Source: an uncultured Chthonomonadaceae bacterium
GTDB taxonomy: Bacteria > Armatimonadota > Chthonomonadetes > Chthonomonadales > Chthonomonadaceae
Length of the DNA: 64,000 nt
Assembly (NCBI GenBank): GCA_963835065.1
Contig: CAWIEK010000053.1
Location: 128,001-192,000, forward strand
Direction: 5' to 3'
Shown: one piece after another, positions 32,317 through 43,562 of the stretch
Position numbering within the stretch: position 1 is the stretch's first letter
Layout: the number at the start of each line of letters is the position of its first letter
Notes under the pieces: generated by a model
Database searches by the model: none
The model's input: only the letters and a program-made list of their open reading frames with translations
Told to the model about the DNA's origin: nothing
Program-made: the position numbers and the translations under genes

Positions 32317-33162
32317 ATGGTAAGTGAACTCACAACGATCCAAGCGAGGCTGGAACGTCTCGAACAGGACAATGCGCCTAACCGATTCCCACTGCGTCAT
32401 ACGCGCCGCCGGGTAGGGATGCAGATCGGACTGACTTTCTGCGCGGTCGCAGGAGCCATCCTCACTTTTGGCTCCCCTTCCACCGTTAAAGCACAGGGCT
32501 ACGGTGTCACATTGGCCTCGCTTGACGCTCGCTTGAAAGCGGCTGAAGCGCTGATTTCGTCGCTAACTACCAGACTGCAAACGGATGAGGCGAAGATCGC
32601 TTCGCTGCAAGACCAAATCAACCATATACCGTCTGGCCCTCCCGGCCCTCCCGGCCCACAGGGACCGAAGGGCGACAAGGGCGATACCGGCGCACAGGGA
32701 CCACAAGGACCGGCTGGCACACTAGGCACATCCGCGCTTACCGCCTACAAACGGTACCCGTATCTGATTCCAGGTGGACAAGATGCCGCAAGTGCCTTTG
32801 CCATTCCAGATGGTCTGAGTTACAATCTCTACTCTGTTGATCCAGGCCTCAATCTTGGCTTTGTTCCTACGCACATCGTGTTGCCTCATGCCAACTCCGT
32901 ACCGGCGGGAACAGTGCTTATGATCCGACAGGAACCTACCTCCATCTTGCAGTTGTACAAGGACCTCCAAGTGGACGCCCGCGACGGAGATAGTATTGAC
33001 AATGGGGATAATAGTTTATTTAGTCCTCCTGGTCATCCTGGCAACTATCTGTCAAGCCCGACCTTGGGGTTGAGAGTGTACAGCGATGGAGTGCATCACT
33101 GGTGGAGCGACTCTAGAATTGCATTTCCCCTGTTACTGAACGGCGGCACAATAGGTGAGTAA
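32317..33162 (+). CDS. Collagen-like (Gly-X-Y) protein with coiled coil
   Basis: RBS aaggag; hydrophobic segment, heptad coil, [28 protein letters not shown]. Confidence 0.75.
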   Translation: MVSELTTIQARLERLEQDNAPNRFPLRHTRRRVGMQIGLTFCAVAGAILTFGSPSTVKAQGYGVTLASLDARLKAAEALISSLTTRLQTDEAKIASLQDQINHIPSGPPGPPGPQGPKGDKGDTGAQGPQGPAGTLGTSALTAYKRYPYLIPGGQDAASAFAIPDGLSYNLYSVDPGLNLGFVPTHIVLPHANSVPAGTVLMIRQEPTSILQLYKDLQVDARDGDSIDNGDNSLFSPPGHPGNYLSSPTLGLRVYSDGVHHWWSDSRIAFPLLLNGGTIGE

Positions 33163-33207
33163 CTCGGCTTCTCAACCCTCTGATCTATAGCCTGATTCCT
33201 CACGAAA

Positions 33208-33252
33208 AGCACATAAGTCTGGATAACACTTCATCATCCTGACTTATGTGCT
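33208..33252. terminator. Stem-loop between convergent genes
   Basis: agcacataagtc ... gacttatgtgct 12-bp arms. Confidence 0.4.
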
Positions 33253-33443
33253 GGCTTCTGATTACATCTGTCAAGTTTCTTTTCCTCGAAACTTTAGCCA
33301 CTGTCAGTTTTTGGATATTCCGTTAATACGGTTTGTACTCGTGGGGTAATCTCATCGCAACTTACGAACGTTACCTGATGAATAACGAAGTTTTCGTTAT
33401 AAGGCAATATCTGTATAGATCAGGCACGGAATAGGCAGACATT

Positions 33444-35671
33444 TTACTCGCGGATGCGGAAGCTGGAGGTGTCGGGGTCGCCGGGGAGCGGGGGCGCGTC
33501 CTGAACGGGCATGTTCATGCGCCGCCCGCCGTTGGGAGTGCCGCCCTCCACATACTGGCGCAGGCCGTCGGAAATCGCCTGCGCCACGCGCTGCTGGAAA
33601 TTGCCGTCTATGAGGTGACGCCGATCCTGCGTGTTGCTGATGTACGCCACTTCCACCAGTATCGCGGGCATTTTGCTCGCCCGCAGCACGGCAAGGCCAC
33701 TGTTGTACAAAATGCCGTCCGAGAGGGCGCCCTTGCTTGGTACGCCCGACACGGCCACAATCGCCTGCTGGACGCAGTTGGCGAGGGCGCGGCTGCTCGG
33801 ATCGCTCATGTGGTAGTACGTGCTGGTTCCCCGGCTTTCGCTGGTAAACGAGTCGTTGTGGATGCTCACGAACAGGTCGGCGTTGATGTCGTTGGCGAGA
33901 TACGGACGGTCATACAGGTTCACGTCCACATCTTTATCGCGCGTCATGACCACTTTCGCGCCCGCCGCTTCCAGAATTTCGCGCAGGCGCAGCGAGATTT
34001 GCAGCGTGATGTTCTTTTCCTGATAGCCCCCCGCCGTCGCGCCCGTTGACGAGCCGCCATGCCCGGCATCCACGACAATCACCTTGTCCGCCAGAGCGCC
34101 CGTCGCGTTGCGGGGCAGTCGCAGGTCAACCGAAATTTTGTTGGCCTGATTGTTGACCGTGAAGCCCACAAACCGGGACGTGTCAATGGTCACGCGGGTC
34201 AGGGGCGGCGTGTCCTGCACCAGTTCGGCGTGGATACCGCTCAACAGGGGGTGCGCCAGCGTCTGGTCGGCGGAAACGCCTTCGGGCAGATGCAGCAGGG
34301 CGTTGGGAATGTCTACCGCCAGCTTGCTGCCTTCCATATAGTGGATATAGGTTCCCGCCGCGCCACTCATAGCGATGTCGAGATGAACGCGGGTATCCCC
34401 ATCCGGCACAAGCGCCAGCCGCGCACTTCCACGGGCACATTGCGGTTCGGGCTGCCGCCCCGCGAGGGCGATTTGCCCCGGATGGAAGGCCGAACGGGAG
34501 GCGCGGCGGCAACGGTCGGTTTCTTCGGCGGGGTTGTGTTTCCCCCACTTTGCCCGCTCGGATCGGTAGCGCTGTTGTCCGCGCCGTTCTTAACCGTTTT
34601 ATCGGATTTATCGCCGCCAATGCCGCCCGGAGTCTGCACAGGTTGGGTATCGCCCTGATCGCCCGAACCGCCCGGACTCGGCAACGGAGAGCCGGAATTA
34701 GCGGCTGTTTTATCGCCACTTTTCTGCCCGCTTGCAATTGCCGCCTGCCCCGACTTCGGATTGGCTTTGCTGTTGCTGCCCCTGCCGTTCGCTTTTGAGT
34801 TTTGCGCCACGAGGGTTTTGCCGGTCGTCAGTTCCGCCGCAATGGTCAGGCTATGGTTGGCGGTTCCTTCCTGCTCCTTCACGCGCATTCCATCCGGCAG
34901 TTCGGCTACAATTCGCGCCGTGTCAATGCTGTACTGCGCCGCCCGCACTTTGGGCATCAGTCTATCATTTCCCGCAGACGACGAAGCGACAGGCTGAAAC
35001 TTTTCGTCCACGTCCGCGCCCACGCAGTCAATGTAGCCCCGCAGCGGCTTCTCGTCCGTAATCATGCAAGCTTTGTAAGGGACCGGGAAACTGGTCGTGA
35101 CGCGAAGCACGTTGTTTTGCAGCCGCGCGTCCGTCACCCGCGCCAGCAGATAGACGGTATCGCCTTTGGAGCCGGGAATGGGCTTGTTGTCGCGCCCCAT
35201 TTTTTCCGCGCGTACAATCACAGCGTTCGCCAACTTTGCCACTTCCGACAAGGCCAGCATGGATTTGTTGTTGGGACGCGCAAAGGCAATGTCTCCCTGC
35301 TTATGCGCAAGAGGCATGTTGATGTGCGCCGTTTCGCCCTTTTTGTCCGCCTTGCCCTCCATGCCAATCGCAGATAGGGCTTCCAGCGGGATGTACGTTT
35401 CGTCGTTGTCGGCAAGCGGCGTGGTCTTGCACATCACTTCGCGCCCGCCCACCTTCAAGTGAACGGGGGCAAGCGGCCCGTCCGCCTTTGCTTCCGCGCT
35501 CCACCCCATTGCGGCCAGAACGACAGGCAGGAAACCGCATTTCACAAGGATGCCAGCGCCGTAAAACCGCTTCACGGCGCGAGAAGGCTTTACAACGCGG
35601 GAACGCAATTCAATACGCGGCGAAGCAACAGTTGGAGTCACAAAACGAGTCCAGAATTTATTGTTTTGCAT
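33444..35671 (-). CDS. N-acetylmuramoyl-L-alanine amidase (AMIN-like + Amidase_3); frameshift near 34418
   Basis: VVDAGHGG, EK.ITL, FVSIHND, PAILVEVAYISN; upstream ORF 34367-35671 supplies signal peptide and linker. Confidence 0.88.
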
Positions 35672-36003
35672 GGTGAAAGCACCTACCTTCAGGTCGGCAG
35701 TATTCGTGTGAAATCATTGTATTCCAAAGTTCCAAACGCCGAATAGCCGCCCGACTTCTGTGAGCAAGATGGCGGACGCTGAAAAAGGGCATGATGAAGC
35801 GGAAACGTTCAAACCAGCACAATCGTGACACAGGGCACGATAACAGGGAATTGTGAAAACGTAACGGCGTCAGATGAGTTGGCAGCGGGGCGCAAACTCA
35901 TTCTGAACGGACGCCCAAAAGCGGAAAAAGTTACCTGCCTTGCGCAGTATAACCTACTTTCCCCTCCCTTGTCCATAATCGGAAGATATTTTAATTTTCT
36001 TCT

Positions 36004-36903
36004 TTATCTTTGCAGGCGGCTGCTGAACCACGCGCTTGCCACAATGCCCAGTTTCTTCACCGTGCTGACGCGGGCGCGTTGTGAATACACATCATAATTG
36101 CGGCCTTCGATGCTGTTCAAAATGCCCCGATAGATGTTGAGCATGATGGACAGGGTAGGACGGCCTGCCTTATGAATCAGGGGAAACAGTTCGTGCGCTT
36201 GTTGGTAAAATCCTTTAGCGCGTTCGGTTTCGTAGCGCATCAGGGCGCGGAAACGGTCGGTCAGTTCGCCTTGCTTTAACTCCTGCTCCGTCACGCCGAA
36301 CCGCTGCAAATCTTCCTGCGGCAGATAAATGCGGTCCCGGTCGGCGTCCTCTTTAATGTCGCGCAGGATATTGGTCAGTTGGAAAGCCAGCCCGCAGGCT
36401 TCCGCGTACTGCATGGCGCGTCCATCCCGCTCGTCGAAGCCCCAAACGTGGATACAAACGAACCCGACGATGCTTGCCACGCGGTAACAATACTGGTGCA
36501 GTTCATCCCACGTCGCGTAGCGGGTCTTGGTCAAATCCATTTCCGTGCCGTCTATGAGGTCATGAAAGTAGGACGCGGGGATGTGGTAGCGCAGCACGGT
36601 TTCGTGGAAGGCGGGCAAAATCAGGCTGTCGCCGTAATCGCCCGCAAACGCCCGATCCAGCGCGGTTCGCCACTGCCGCATCTGTATGGCTTTGGTCTTG
36701 TCTTCCGCCGCCTCATCCGAAACATCGTCGCTGTAGCGCATAAAGGCGTAAATGGCGCACATGGCGGCCTTGCGTTCCGGCGTCAGCGTCAGGAACGAGT
36801 AGTAGAAGTTCTTGGCCTGCGTTTTGGCAACGTGTTCGCAATGCGCAAACGAGCGTTCCAGCAGGTCGGACTTGGACGATGAGATTATAGGCGGTGAAGT
36901 CAT
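36004..36903 (-). CDS. hpnD: Presqualene diphosphate synthase (squalene/phytoene synthase family)
   Basis: NFYYSF, YAFMRYSDDVSD, YCYRVAS, FQLTNILRD. Confidence 0.8.
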   Translation of the reverse strand: MTSPPIISSSKSDLLERSFAHCEHVAKTQAKNFYYSFLTLTPERKAAMCAIYAFMRYSDDVSDEAAEDKTKAIQMRQWRTALDRAFAGDYGDSLILPAFHETVLRYHIPASYFHDLIDGTEMDLTKTRYATWDELHQYCYRVASIVGFVCIHVWGFDERDGRAMQYAEACGLAFQLTNILRDIKEDADRDRIYLPQEDLQRFGVTEQELKQGELTDRFRALMRYETERAKGFYQQAHELFPLIHKAGRPTLSIMLNIYRGILNSIEGRNYDVYSQRARVSTVKKLGIVASAWFSSRLQR

Positions 36904-36956
36904 AGGCAGAACATCAGGAACAAATCACTTTGATACAGCACACTCCCGTATGCACG

Positions 36957-38070
36957 GGACAATTGGCCGCAGGCCTAACATCCGGTATTTTATATGCCGG
37001 GGCAGCGCGGCAGTACCATGTTCAGGTGATTGCGCTATCAGAAAGCGTCAACTGAAATCCACGCCCACAAGGTGATCGAGCAGGATCAGGAACAGGCGGG
37101 CATTGCCGATGTCGCTATAACTGAAGGTGAAAATGCCCTGCGCGCCGATCCCGAAAAAGCCGGAGCGGGCGTCCGTGCGCCGCAGCGTCACCACGCCCTG
37201 ATTGATGGTGACGCGGGCAATCTCTTCCGTATTGCAGCGGGCGGTTTTGCCCCCGATGAACAGTTCGATATACCCCTCGCCCACCACCAGATAGTTGTTG
37301 TGCTGCAGGGAAAATCGGACGGCTCCGTTGCGCTGCAAGTCGGTTTTGGCGCGTTCAAACGCGAACGCGCTCCACGCCGCTTCTGCCGCGCCTGCGAATC
37401 GGAAAGCGTCTCCCGGCGGCGGGTCGCCCTTGGAACTGTGGTACGTGCCGCTCAGGGTAAACGGGCGATTGCCGCTCCCGCCCGACCACGTATAGTTGTA
37501 GGTTGTGCCGGTATACACGCCGTTGTAGTAGTTGCGGGTCTGCCGGGTACGCAGTTCCGCCACGTCCACAAAACGCAACAGGTCGCTTTGCCGGGGCGTG
37601 TCGTTGAGGTTCTTGATGTTGTAGCGGGCAACGCCGCTTTCCCCAACATACGTGCAGACGTTCGTTTTTCGGATGATCTTATAGCCGAGGAACGCGCCCA
37701 AACTGCCCGCCACGAGTACGCCCATTCCCAGAACCGCCTGACTGCTGCCGTCCTGCAGGCCCATCCACGCAAAGAAGGCGGCAAGCCCCCCTAACGCCAG
37801 CGCCGCAATCACGCGGGGCAGGGGCGGATTGGGATTTTTGTTGCGCAGGATGGTGGAATAGGCGCTGATGATTTTGCCGATTTCCATAGGCGGCGGCGCG
37901 AAAAACACGCGATCCGCTTCCAGCGCATTGCCGACATGATCGGTCACATCCGATGCCGGCGTCCATTCGTGCAGGGTTCCAATCATGGCGCTTTTTTCTC
38001 TGGTAGGGTGGTAGTGCCGCGTTTAACCAGTATATAAAATACCGGTTGTTAGACCTGCGGCCAATTGTCC
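36957..38070. mobile_element. Single-gene cassette bounded by 39-bp inverted repeats, no transposase
   Basis: ggacaattggccgcaggcctaacatccggtattttatat (36957-36995) versus reverse complement of 38032-38070, 2 mismatches. Confidence 0.55.
37048..37986 (-). CDS. Two-TM hypothetical protein
   Basis: 312-aa ORF, two hydrophobic helices then a beta-rich domain. Confidence 0.7.
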   Translation of the reverse strand: MIGTLHEWTPASDVTDHVGNALEADRVFFAPPPMEIGKIISAYSTILRNKNPNPPLPRVIAALALGGLAAFFAWMGLQDGSSQAVLGMGVLVAGSLGAFLGYKIIRKTNVCTYVGESGVARYNIKNLNDTPRQSDLLRFVDVAELRTRQTRNYYNGVYTGTTYNYTWSGGSGNRPFTLSGTYHSSKGDPPPGDAFRFAGAAEAAWSAFAFERAKTDLQRNGAVRFSLQHNNYLVVGEGYIELFIGGKTARCNTEEIARVTINQGVVTLRRTDARSGFFGIGAQGIFTFSYSDIGNARLFLILLDHLVGVDFS

Positions 38071-38121
38071 TGCGGACATAAGGTTGTGCTGTGTTTAAGT
38101 GGTTTGTTTATGTATACGCGC

Positions 38122-39015
38122 TTATCGGGCGAACAGACGGCGAAATAAAATGGCAAATTGGCGGCGCTTGGATACGGACGGGCGGCTCGTCAGAACATCA
38201 TAATTTTGTTGTTCGATCAGGCGCAGCACTTCCAAGCCGCCCTGCGTGAACATTTCAATGTCTAATCGGACGCGCTTGTCCACCAATGCGCCCAACGCCG
38301 CGCCCTCTTCAAACATGGTTCGCGCCCGGTCTACCTCAAATTTCATCAGGGCGGCAAATTCGGGCGTGAAGTGCCGGGCAAATAATTGTGGTTCAGTGTA
38401 CCCGAAACGCCGCATATCTTCGAGGGGTATGTAAATACGATCTTTGTCCAAATCGCGCGTCACGTCCTGCCAGAAGTTGGCAAGCTGGAGCGCGGCGCAG
38501 GTTTTGTCGGACAGGGCAAGGCGCGGCGCATCGCTGTAGCCGCACAGGTACAGCACCAATCGCCCGACAGGGTTGGCGGAATAGCGGCAATACCCCATCA
38601 CATCGTCAAAGGTCGGGTAGCGCGTGGTCACTTGATCCTGCCGAAACGCGGTCAGCAGGTCGCGGAACGGATTGGGCGGGATGCCGAACTTTTCCACCGT
38701 TTCGGCCAGCGCGACGAAAACCGGGTGACGCGGTTCGCCCCGGTACATCGCGTTGAGTTCGTCCTCCCACCAATCCAGCAGAATCAATGCTTTTTGCGTG
38801 TCGCCTATTTCATCGCCCAGGTCGTCGCTGATGCGGCAGTAAGCGTACACATTATAAAAATGCTGGCGCAAGGGTTTGGGGCAGAAAATTCCGGCCACAA
38901 GAAAGTTCTCGTAGTGCGATTTGGCGAGACGTTCACAATAACGCCGCGCCTCCGCAATTGTGACCGGGCCGTCTGCATGGTAGGGATGTTCAATATCGTC
39001 GGCGGTAATGTCCAT
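38122..39015 (-). CDS. hpnC: Squalene synthase HpnC
   Basis: HYENF, YAYCRISDDLGDE, YCRYSANPVGRLVL, LQLANFWQD. Confidence 0.9.
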   Translation of the reverse strand: MDITADDIEHPYHADGPVTIAEARRYCERLAKSHYENFLVAGIFCPKPLRQHFYNVYAYCRISDDLGDEIGDTQKALILLDWWEDELNAMYRGEPRHPVFVALAETVEKFGIPPNPFRDLLTAFRQDQVTTRYPTFDDVMGYCRYSANPVGRLVLYLCGYSDAPRLALSDKTCAALQLANFWQDVTRDLDKDRIYIPLEDMRRFGYTEPQLFARHFTPEFAALMKFEVDRARTMFEEGAALGALVDKRVRLDIEMFTQGGLEVLRLIEQQNYDVLTSRPSVSKRRQFAILFRRLFAR

Positions 39016-39143
39016 ACCTCAAAATTACCCGAAAACCGCGTTCGGCGTCAACGGATTACGTAACCTCTTTGCGTTTTTGCGTTCAACGCCAGAACTGCCA
39101 CCATTTGCGTTGTCGCAGCAATCATTTTTTTCTGGTGAGACAA

Positions 39144-40788
39144 TCATTTATCCCTTTTGAAGTAGCCGTCCGATAGGGTACGCATGAAGGCTACAATCTG
39201 GTCTTCTTCCCTATCGGTCAGGTGCAGATTGCCAATGGTTGTATCCTTGTTGGAAGACACTTCGGGAGCGGGCCAGGCGCTCACCTTTTCGCCCTGCTCC
39301 CCGAAGCGGCAGCGCGGCAGCTTGTCACGGGTGTTGTAGAAATGAACCACTTCTTTCAGGCTCTTCAGGTAGCCGTTGTGCATGTAGGCTTTGACAAAAC
39401 CGCGATAAGGCCGCGCGTCCACGTTGCGCAGGGTTGGCGTTCGGAACTTGCCATCAAACTGCCCCGCGAGTTTTGCCCAATCCGCATTGATGCTGCCCGC
39501 GCCGCGCAGGTATTTCCCGGCTCCCAAATCTTTATAGCCTGTGCCTGCCGGGTTCGCCGCGTAGCCCTGCTGGTCGGGGTGATTTTCCACATAAAACGGC
39601 AAATCCAGATTTTTGGGAATACCGAGGTTTACGGCGGTAAAATCGGTAAACAGAGGCGCTTTGCCGGTCACGTCCGCCAGCGAAATTCTGCCTTTCGGCT
39701 GGTTCTCGGTTCCGTCCAGATGGCAACTGTTGCACTTCGCTTTGCCCCGAAACAGATTCCAGCCTGCCATTTCCTCCCGACTCAGCACCCTCTTGTCCGG
39801 GTTGGCAAGCGCAAAGTCGAATTTTGAGGTAAAGGGGCTGATGTCCGGCGAGGCTTGGTACGCCGCCATCGCAACCGCGATATGTTCAAAGGCGGCATTA
39901 ACAAGCGCCCGATCCCCGGCTTCCAGTGGAATCGGAAGGGGCGCGTTGGCGGGAGACGGGAGCGGGAATCGCAGACAGCCGCTCCATATCCGCAGGCCAG
40001 TGAATGGCAAGGGATTGTGTTCCCCATGTCCGCTCGAACAGAGTTTTATAAGGACTTTTCGCCACGCGGTACACCACGCTTGCCGGGTCCGCAAAGCCCA
40101 TGACATTGGCGTCCACAAGCGCGACTGCCGCCTGCTCCGCTGTGGGACTCGCCATGCGGTATCCTGTCGCCCGCATGTCCCAAAAGTTGCCGCCAAAGAA
40201 ATCCTGCGCGGAAGCGTTGTACTGGAGAATGGGCGCGAAAGCGGCGTAACTCAGGGTTTGCGGGCGACGGGCGCTGATACGAACGTTCGGCCCATTCGCG
40301 CCCGCATTGGTAATCAGGACGGAGCCGCCATACGCGACTGTCGTTCGATTATACAGGCTGACGCCGCCCGTATATCCCGCCTGTGGGTCGTGGCAACTTA
40401 AACACGCGAGGTTTTTGTTGACGGAAAGGTTCCGGTCGTGCATCAGCAGTTTGCCGAGCAGGGTTATCCGGTGGTAATGATCTTTGGGCGGCGCGGCCTT
40501 CATTTGCGCAAGGGTTTTGTCAAATCGCGCGGCGATAGTCGCGTTCAGCCGCCGGACATCCGCATCCTCTTTCGCGCCGCCGGGCAAGGTCGCCTGAATA
40601 TTCAGAAGCCGGGCATGGGATTGCGGCTGCGCAGAAGAGGTTTTCTGCCGCAATCTTGCTTTCTCCTCCGGCGCTTTCGCCCGCAATCGTGCTTTTTCCT
40701 GCGCGGGAAGCACGATTGCCGTCAACAGCAGACCCGCGAAAACAAGCAGCAATCCCAGGCGTGATTTGCGCGTAACCTCAGCGCTCAT
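39144..40788 (-). CDS. Di-heme cytochrome c peroxidase/MauG-family protein; frameshift near 39958
   Basis: Signal peptide, CLSCH, NFWDMRA, CNSCH, FRTPTLRNV, YMHNG. Confidence 0.88.
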
Positions 40789-40993
40789 GCTATATGTTCC
40801 TTTTCAAACGAGTTTGAAACGAGGATTTCTCATAGCAACAACTACTTCCAAAGTGAAACATTAGTGCCACCGGAATTTCAGGAGCGTTGCGGTTAGGAAT
40901 CAACATGCCGCCGGAACCAGGGTTGGCTTCGGCGGCACAGTGGAGAATGTAGTAAGGTGTTTTTCGCGTATGTTCGCGTTGGTTTATGCCCCG

Positions 40994-41505
40994 TTACGAG
41001 GCGTGGACATGGATGCCGCCGCTTGTCAGGACGCCACCCACTTCGTACAGCACCGTTCCCGCGTCATGCCCGTCCGTCGCCACGACGCGAACGGAAATGG
41101 AATCGTGATGCTCGCCATCGTCGGTTGCGATAACACGAACGCGGGCGTGTCTGCCGTGCCAGAGCAGAGGCTCCCTCGAAATGCGCCGTATGCCCTGCGA
41201 TGCTCAGTTGGTCAATGGGATGAACCAGGAAGTGCTGGACGTTCTGCGCTTGCAGGTTCTTTTCGTTGAACTCGAAATGTTCCCTCCGGCCCATTATGCC
41301 CCTGCGTGACCGTAAAGGAAAACTCCCCATAGTGGTGGTCGTGGCCGATAGGAAATTCGCCGTGACCATCGGCGGTTGCGACAGAAGTCTGATACAAAGC
41401 GGCGTACAAACTTTTGTTGAAATGCTGCGCGCCCGCCGTTGCGGTTCCTGTTCCGAACAGCGCCAGTCCGGCAGCCGCCAAAACCAACCAACTTGCTTTC
41501 TGCAT
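40994..41505 (-). CDS. Secreted His-rich beta protein; two apparent frameshifts (near 41282 and 41172)
   Basis: Signal peptide MQKASWLVLAAAG; joined frames read ...FEFNEKN...HFEG/PLLWHGRHARVRVIATDDGEHHDSI...GGIHVHAS*. Confidence 0.5.
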
Positions 41506-41770
41506 TGAAAATCTGCTCCTCTTTCAAGACGTAAGGCTGCGCGCGGCAGAGGGGGCGCTTGGATTGACTCTCCAAAGCGCTGTTGCGCCTGCAAAACATA
41601 CCATGTTGCTGCATGATTTTGTTAAGCCAGTCTCATAGATAAGGGGGTGTTTCTTTGACCTTGCCTTACTTATCTTTGTTCCCGCAGAGGAGAAATTAAA
41701 TCGGCTTGTTTTTACCGGCCTATTTTCGACTTCACGGCGCGTCACGATTCGATTGGCATCCACAATGCCT

Positions 41771-43450
41771 CTAAGATTCTATACCGGGCAGAACAACTGT
41801 TACTGTCGTGCCCACTCCCAATTGGCTGGCAAACGTCAGGGTTCCGCCATGCGCTTCCACGATGCTGCGGCAGATGGACAGGCCCAGCCCCGTGCCGCCG
41901 GTTGGCCGGGTGCGGGACGCATCCACGCGATGAAACCGCGTTCCTAAATGCGGCAAATGCTCCGGGGCGATGCCGCTGCCGGTGTCCGTCACGGTGACAA
42001 CCACCTCATTTTGTCGGCGTCGCGCCGTGACGGTGATTGCCCCCTGCGCAGGCGTGTAGCGAACCGCATTATCCAGCAGGTTGCGGAACAAGCGCGCCAG
42101 TTCCGATTGGCAGCCCATGACCGTCAGCGTTTCCGGCTGCGCGTCGAGCGTGATGGGCGCGCGGTCTTCCTGTAAAGCCTGTTCCCGCGCCGTTTCCAGA
42201 ATCTCTACAATCAGCAATTCGCGCCGATCCTGTCCCATCTGCCCCTCGTCCGAACGCGCCAGCAGCAGCAAATCCTGCACCAACTGCGCCATGTTGTCCG
42301 CCGCATTGCTGATCTCCTGAAACGCGCGGCGTGACTTTTCATCGGTCGTTTCACGCCCAAGCGCCAATCCCGCCCGCCCCTTGATAATGGTCAGCGGCGT
42401 CTTCAGTTCGTGCGAAGCGTCGGCGGTGAAGCGCTGCTGTAGTTCGAGCAGTTGTTTTTGTTCCTGAAACGCCGTGTCCAGCCGTCCCAACATGCCATTG
42501 AACGTATCCGCGAGTTCCGCAAACTCGTCGCTGCCGACAACGGGTAGACGCCGCGCAAAACCGCCCGCGCCCCCTTCCATGCCGATACGCCCCGCCGCCT
42601 GCGTCATCCACTGCACCCGTCGCAGAACGCGGTTGGTCAGCGCCGATCCCATCCATCCCGCGCCAAGCAATCCAAGCGGAATCAGCAGCAGCAGCACCGT
42701 ATCCACGCCCGAAAGCGCGCGATACACTTCCTTCAAGGGGTAAGCGTTTTGTACGGCTCCCCGCTTGCCTTGGCGGTTAAACGCCGGCGCGGAAAGCACA
42801 CGAACCGGTTCCTCATCCACGATTACGGTATTGAAAACCGTGTCCCCCTTCAGCGCGCTTGCCAGGCCCGCTTTGTCCCAGATGGGGCGCGTATCTCTGG
42901 CAGCCTCCGACACGCCATTCTGTTCGTAATGGTGCGGGCGGTAGGGGTTCGACGAATCGGGCGGGCCGGGGCCGTGATGATCGCCGCCGTGAAAATCCGC
43001 AGGCGGCGGCCTGTCGGAACGGCTGCCCGTAACTCCGTTTTCCGTTAAATTGTCCGGCGGAGTGTGTTCGCCCGGAGGACCCGCTTCCAGTTCGTGTTCA
43101 TGAGGTGGCCCTTCCCGATTTTCCTCTCCGAAGGGTGGCCGACCTCCCGTTTCCTCGCCGGGGCGGGCGGGCGGCGGCGCGTGTTTGCTGCGGGGCGGGC
43201 GCGTAAACATATCAATGCCCCGCTCCAGCTCGTGATTGACGGACTGCATCAAAAATTGCAAAATGGCATAACGGCACACAACACCCAGCCCGCCCAGCAT
43301 CAGCGACAGCGCGATCACGTTCCACAAAATCAATTGCGTCCGCAACGAACCGAGCGAACGCTTCCACCGCGCGGGCAGCCGTGCGGCAAAACGGCGCGAG
43401 GCAGGTTGCATAACGATATTTTCCGCAGTATCTTCCACAACAATCTCCAT
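41771..43450 (-). CDS. Membrane sensor histidine kinase (HAMP-HisKA-HATPase)
   Basis: Two TMs, FTADASHELKTPLT, NLLDNAVRY, GGTGLGLSI. Confidence 0.92.
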   Translation of the reverse strand: MEIVVEDTAENIVMQPASRRFAARLPARWKRSLGSLRTQLILWNVIALSLMLGGLGVVCRYAILQFLMQSVNHELERGIDMFTRPPRSKHAPPPARPGEETGGRPPFGEENREGPPHEHELEAGPPGEHTPPDNLTENGVTGSRSDRPPPADFHGGDHHGPGPPDSSNPYRPHHYEQNGVSEAARDTRPIWDKAGLASALKGDTVFNTVIVDEEPVRVLSAPAFNRQGKRGAVQNAYPLKEVYRALSGVDTVLLLLIPLGLLGAGWMGSALTNRVLRRVQWMTQAAGRIGMEGGAGGFARRLPVVGSDEFAELADTFNGMLGRLDTAFQEQKQLLELQQRFTADASHELKTPLTIIKGRAGLALGRETTDEKSRRAFQEISNAADNMAQLVQDLLLLARSDEGQMGQDRRELLIVEILETAREQALQEDRAPITLDAQPETLTVMGCQSELARLFRNLLDNAVRYTPAQGAITVTARRRQNEVVVTVTDTGSGIAPEHLPHLGTRFHRVDASRTRPTGGTGLGLSICRSIVEAHGGTLTFASQLGVGTTVTVVLPGIES

Positions 43451-43468
43451 GTTGGTTTAGGGACAAAC

Positions 43469-43545
43469 AGTGCTGAATGATGAGTGATGAGTGATGAATA
43501 ACACGAGGCAATTTACTCATCACTCATCACTCATCATTCAGCACT
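43469..43545. repeat. Heptamer palindrome (perfect 29-bp arms)
   Basis: agtgctgaatgatgagtgatgagtgatga and its reverse complement at 43517-43545. Confidence 0.88.
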
Positions 43546-43562
43546 TTAAAAGCCCTCAACTC

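Noticed and set aside
33360..33410. dif or resolvase res site at the island edge
   Set aside because: Only a short palindrome; no XerD arm match and no recombinase nearby
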